The notes beneath the pieces are model-generated. The model was not told the DNA's origin, ran no database searches, and saw nothing but the letters and a program-made list of their open reading frames with translations. This document shows positions 35,137 through 37,825 of a stretch of 37,825 bases of DNA, in pieces; position 1 is the stretch's first letter; each line of letters begins with the position of its first letter. The translations under genes and the position numbers were made by a program. The stretch covers positions 1 through 37,825 of the forward strand of contig CABSAH010000001.1 of assembly GCA_902475645.1 (NCBI GenBank). Direction: 5' to 3'. Source of the DNA: an uncultured Christensenellaceae bacterium (GTDB lineage Bacteria > Bacillota > Clostridia > Christensenellales > CAG-138).

Positions 35137-35328
35137 TTATTCCCCGCGCTGCATGGCATTGTCGATGATGCGGTTTATAAACTCGGTCATGCTCTCCCCC
35201 TTTTTTGCCGCATATTCTTTTATGAGCTGTTTTTTGCCCTGCGGCACAAATACATCGATTCTATCCATAGATGCGCGGTAAGCATCATAATATTTTTTGT
35301 TGCTTTTGTACTTGGCGTTTTTCTCCAT
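35137..35328 (-). CDS. Ribbon-helix-helix (Arc/CopG-like) DNA-binding protein
   Basis: RIDVFVPQGKKQLIKEYAAKKGESMTEFINRIIDNAM fits a beta-strand, helix, helix RHH layout. 63 aa. Confidence 0.7.
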   Translation of the reverse strand: MEKNAKYKSNKKYYDAYRASMDRIDVFVPQGKKQLIKEYAAKKGESMTEFINRIIDNAMQRGE

Positions 35329-35335
35329 CTTGTGC

Positions 35336-35365
35336 TTGACAATCCTCGCTTTCGTGTGATAGTAT
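35336..35365 (+). promoter_or_regulatory. Candidate promoter for the mini-CRISPR array (TTGACA-N18-TAGTAT with a TG extended -10)
   Basis: TTGACA at 35336-35341, TG at 35357-35358 and TAGTAT at 35360-35365. The predicted transcription start is around 35372, at the left arm of the flanking inverted repeat. Confidence 0.5.
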
Positions 35366-35384
35366 AGGTCAAGAAGTAATTCCC

Positions 35385-35474
35385 GTGTTCCCCGCGTAAG
35401 CGGGGGTGACTCTTGAGCTCATCGTAGAGGCGGTCAAAGAATACTGTGTTCCCCGCGTAAGCGGGGGTGGCCTA
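35385..35474 (+). CRISPR. Cas-less mini-CRISPR array: two type I-E-like 29-nt repeats and one 32-nt spacer
   Basis: GTGTTCCCCGCGTAAGCGGGGGTG is identical at 35385 and 35446, a 61-nt period equal to 29+32. The stem CCCCGC/GCGGGG with a 4-nt loop and a GTGA... 3' handle resembles type I-E repeats (compare E. coli GTGTTCCCCGCGCCAGCGGGGATAAACCG). The spacer is TGAGCTCATCGTAGAGGCGGTCAAAGAATACT. The 3' end of repeat 2 is degenerate. Confidence 0.7.
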
Positions 35475-35506
35475 GACTAAAGCTAATGCTCTGTCATGGC
35501 AATTTG

Positions 35507-35526
35507 GGGAATTACTTCTTTTTTTT
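35507..35526 (+). terminator. Right arm of the 14-bp inverted repeat plus a T-tract closing the mini-array transcript
   Basis: GGGAATTACTTCTT (35507-35520) is the reverse complement of AAGAAGTAATTCCC (35371-35384). It runs straight into further Ts to 35526. Confidence 0.45.
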
Positions 35527-35530
35527 GTAC

Positions 35531-36331
35531 TTAGTCCTGGTCGAACCGGAATTTCAGCCATCCCTCGGGGATGCCGTTCTCGCTTGCTTGGCTCAGTATC
35601 TCGGCCTTTAGTTCGTCGTAAGCTTCACGGCTTTCGGGAGCCTTCTTTTTGCTCTTGACCTCGGCGTATAGCTCGATGTCGTTTATCTCGACCATCATCC
35701 AGTCTACACCGTGCGTCCCGTATCGGCTTTCGCCGGATTGATATTCCACCTCATACGGCTCACAAAAATTACACACGCAGTTGCCTTCCTTGTCGTCCCA
35801 CATTTCTCGGTAGAGGTAAAAATATTTCCCACAAACAGCACATTTGCAGTAGCATGCTGCTCGGGCGTGGTCAGCATTGAAAAATATCTTGCCGTCCGCT
35901 GCCGTAATCATTCCATCTTCTTCCCCTGCGTGAATCTCTACGCCCCAAGTTTCCGCTTTCTTTATGGTTTCTTCATCGAAGCAGATAGGGTCGAATCTGG
36001 CTTTTTTCTTGAGAAATTCCGCTAATGCTACATAAAAGCAGGTGCCGAGGTCGCCGTATTCGCCGCAATAATCGCCACAATTTAACCCTAACTCTTCGCA
36101 CAAATCTTCGTACATATCATCGTCCCCGCCTTCATCGTAATTAACGATTGCGTCAAGCAGCTCTTCGGCTTCGGGATATTTTATACGTACAAAATCGTCC
36201 GCAGAAGCCTCCTCGTCGCCATACCATTCAGCTTCCAGTAGCTTATCGAGTATGTAATGCGGAATCAAACCTGCGCCGTACTTTTCGCGCGCCTTCGTGC
36301 CTTCGATTGCCCTGTAATAATAGTTCATCAT
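35531..36331 (-). CDS. Hypothetical highly acidic protein with a C-terminal Cys cluster (266 aa), cargo gene 2
   Basis: RBS AAAGGAG. D/E-rich N-terminal half (DEGGDDDMYEDLCEELG). CYCKCAVCGKYF...CVCNFCEPYE zinc-ribbon-like cluster. Driven by promoter copy B. Confidence 0.7.
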   Translation of the reverse strand: MMNYYYRAIEGTKAREKYGAGLIPHYILDKLLEAEWYGDEEASADDFVRIKYPEAEELLDAIVNYDEGGDDDMYEDLCEELGLNCGDYCGEYGDLGTCFYVALAEFLKKKARFDPICFDEETIKKAETWGVEIHAGEEDGMITAADGKIFFNADHARAACYCKCAVCGKYFYLYREMWDDKEGNCVCNFCEPYEVEYQSGESRYGTHGVDWMMVEINDIELYAEVKSKKKAPESREAYDELKAEILSQASENGIPEGWLKFRFDQD

Positions 36332-36376
36332 TTCTAACTCCTTTCGGGCTTTGCCCTTGCTTTACTTGATGGTCTT

Positions 36377-36405
36377 ATTATATACTATTCCGGAATAGTT
36401 GTCAA
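36377..36405 (-). promoter_or_regulatory. Consensus promoter copy B: TTGACA-N17-TATAAT with the palindrome CTATTCCGGAATAG in the spacer
   Basis: On the minus strand, -35 is at 36405-36400 and -10 at 36382-36377. The palindrome is at 36385-36398 and the AT-rich palindrome at 36409-36432. It is part of a ~108-bp direct repeat with 35031-35139. Confidence 0.7.
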
Positions 36406-36448
36406 GGGTTTTTCTAAACTTTTTTAGAAAAAATTTATGCCCGTAAAT

Positions 36449-36493
36449 GCCCTGCAAATGCCCGCTGTGCGCACTCAAAGCAGGGCTTTTTTT
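36449..36493 (+). terminator. Orphan + strand terminator-like structure (GCCCTGC...GCAGGGC plus T7)
   Basis: 7-bp stem enclosing a 24-nt loop that contains the GTGCGCAC palindrome, followed by TTTTTTT. No + strand gene lies upstream of it. Confidence 0.45.
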
Positions 36494-36549
36494 ATGCGAA
36501 AATCAGGGTATGATAGCTATCTAAATATCATTAAAAGGAGATACTAAAA

Positions 36550-36987
36550 ATGGCAGAATTTGCATCAAGGGGAGTAGCTAATACCGGGCTTGGCTTTGGC
36601 ATAGCCGGAACCGCAATTAGCCTGCTTGACGGTCTTAGCGGCCTGATGGCCAATCGCCGCAACAGCGACGATGCCCCCGTGAGCCGCTATGAGCTATCGC
36701 TTGTCCAGGAAAACGCGATTCTCAAGGCACAGGCGGACGTGGACAAGAAGCTTGTCGAGGTCTACGAGGTTATAAACGACAAGGCCAACGCAAACCGCGA
36801 GCGCTTCACGGCCTTCGAGAAGGAGCAGCTTGTATATAACGGCGTGAACTCCGCGACAATCGGCTGCTTGCAGCAGCAGGTCAACGCCCTGCTGGGTATG
36901 ACTAAGATGGTCATACCTAACAGCTCCGTCTGCCCCGGTTGGGGCGAGGCTAAAGTGACCGTATCTACCGGCACGGCCGCGGCCTGA
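36550..36987 (+). CDS. Hypothetical protein with a Gly-rich hydrophobic N-terminus (145 aa)
   Basis: Strong RBS AAAAGGAG. N-terminus GVANTGLGFGIAGTAISLLDGLSGLM, a central coiled-coil-like part, and CPGWG near the C-terminus. Confidence 0.6.
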   Translation: MAEFASRGVANTGLGFGIAGTAISLLDGLSGLMANRRNSDDAPVSRYELSLVQENAILKAQADVDKKLVEVYEVINDKANANRERFTAFEKEQLVYNGVNSATIGCLQQQVNALLGMTKMVIPNSSVCPGWGEAKVTVSTGTAAA

Positions 36988-37000
36988 AAGGCAGCGCCAC

Positions 37001-37339
37001 ATGATAAGCGTACAGCAAGCCGAAAAAGGGCTAATGCGCTACATAGATAGCGAGATAATGCCTAAGCTTACGGGCTGGCGCAAAGTGGGCATGGGGGCGT
37101 ATATCGCCCTCATAGCCCGCAATGGGCGAAGCCTGATAGCAAAGTACAAAGACCACCCCGCCGTTACCGTGCTGAATGTCACGGACGGCGAAAGCATGGA
37201 TATAGACGCGGTATATAATGCCGTCCTGCCATACGCGGACGAGGCAATCAAAATCGACATTCCCGCCATCGGGGAAATATCGTTTAATCGCGACGATATA
37301 GACAAGATGTACCGCTACATGAAAGGAGAAAGCGAATGA
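37001..37339 (+). CDS. Hypothetical protein (112 aa)
   Basis: From the ORF track. Closely follows the previous gene and has an ATGA overlap with the next. Confidence 0.55.
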   Translation: MISVQQAEKGLMRYIDSEIMPKLTGWRKVGMGAYIALIARNGRSLIAKYKDHPAVTVLNVTDGESMDIDAVYNAVLPYADEAIKIDIPAIGEISFNRDDIDKMYRYMKGESE

Positions 37340-37644
37340 CTTTTATAAAAGACCTGTCGGAGCGCATATCCGAGGAGATAGCCGATGCCGAGTACTACGC
37401 CAAGCACGCCCTGAGCGCGAAAGACGAGTACCCCACGGCGGCACAGACTTTTTACACAATCGCGGGGCAGGAGCTAAACCACGCCTCCATGCTACACGAC
37501 CTTGCCACCCGCGCCATTGCGGACTACCGCGCAAAGCACGGCGAACCGCCCGCGGCCATGGAGGCCGTCTACAAATATTTGCACGAGCAGCAGATTGAGC
37601 ATACCGAAGCGGTAAAAAGGTATCTGGATATGTATAAGGCGTAA
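37336..37644 (+). CDS. Small all-helical hypothetical protein (102 aa)
   Basis: RBS AAAGGAGA. Predicted helical bundle with an ExxH-like motif (QELNHA). Family not recognised. Confidence 0.6.
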   Translation: MTFIKDLSERISEEIADAEYYAKHALSAKDEYPTAAQTFYTIAGQELNHASMLHDLATRAIADYRAKHGEPPAAMEAVYKYLHEQQIEHTEAVKRYLDMYKA

Positions 37645-37799
37645 TCGATTTACACGCGGCGCTGGCAACTTTCTGGCAACCTTTTTTTGATAACCGCCTG
37701 CAAGCCGTAAAACAGAAAATGCCTAAATTCCTATGTTTTTTGGCGCATAAATGCGCAAGATTACCCAAGAAAGATAGGTAGCTGCCGGATACCAACGAA

Positions 37800-37825
37800 A
37801 AGAACAGTCCAAACGGACTGTTCTT
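37800..37825. repeat. Perfect 11-bp inverted repeat AAGAACAGTCC-AAAC-GGACTGTTCTT at the window edge
   Basis: Read from the sequence in the 180-nt non-coding tail of the window. Truncated context. Confidence 0.5.

Noticed and set aside
35414-35445. Self-targeting of the mini-array spacer within this window
   Set aside because: Scanning by eye for the spacer or its reverse complement found only 9-nt chance matches (for example AAAGAATAC near 10211). I could not do an exhaustive search, so this is left as not supported rather than excluded.
35385-35474. Alternative reading of the two repeats as ordinary paired terminator hairpins
   Set aside because: Neither hairpin is followed by a T-tract. 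The 24-nt identity extends 5 nt upstream and 3 nt downstream of the stem. The 29+32 periodicity and the GTGTTCCCCGCG...GCGGGG pattern match type I-E repeats too closely.
37336-37644. 102-aa helical protein considered as the missing DGR Avd
   Set aside because: It lies 6 kb from the DGR in a different transcription unit. It is not basic, and it lacks the conserved pattern I associate with Avd / 23S-IVS four-helix-bundle proteins.

Overview
The window looks like most of a temperate siphovirus-type (pro)phage from a fairly GC-rich Firmicute. Nearly all genes are on the + strand and tightly packed, many with ATGA/GTGA overlaps. All calls come from reading the sequence and the ORF track and from remembered family motifs; no database search was run.

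Gene order, left to right:
- Early and regulatory small genes (1-3100).
- A recombination module of YqaJ exonuclease, RecT, SSB and a YdbC/PC4-like protein (3120-5617).
- Replisome organizer and VRR-NUC nuclease (5629-7015).
- A run of small Cys-rich ORFs (7012-8608).
- A triple-HTH protein and a sigma-region-4-like late regulator (8685-9968).
- A frameshifted methyltransferase-like gene (10061-10875).
- Packaging genes terS, terL, portal and MuF-like protein (11217-15429).
- Scaffold, major capsid and head-tail genes (15554-18923).
- Major tail protein, then three inserted zinc-ribbon membrane protein genes, then chaperones and tape measure (18924-24625).
- Tail tip and fibre genes (24630-30175).
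- Lysis genes (32790-34069).
- A visibly more AT-rich cargo region with opposite-strand genes (34400-36450).

Two loci stand out.
1. A complete diversity-generating retroelement (DGR) sits at 30048-31612. Its 119-nt variable and template repeats differ only at template adenines. It has a DGR-type reverse transcriptase, targets the C-terminus of the 521-aa tail fibre protein, and shows no recognisable avd gene.
2. A cas-less mini-CRISPR array of type I-E-like repeats (29-nt repeats, 32-nt spacer) sits at 35385-35474. It has its own promoter and is clamped by a 14-bp inverted repeat plus a T-tract. It lies antisense between an acidic Cys-rich gene and a ribbon-helix-helix gene. Both flanking cargo genes are driven by a duplicated ~108-bp cassette carrying a perfect TTGACA-N17-TATAAT promoter with the palindrome CTATTCCGGAATAG in its spacer. 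The layout resembles anti-CRISPR/aca loci and phage RNA anti-CRISPR or mini-array loci, but the specific combination is not one I recognise.
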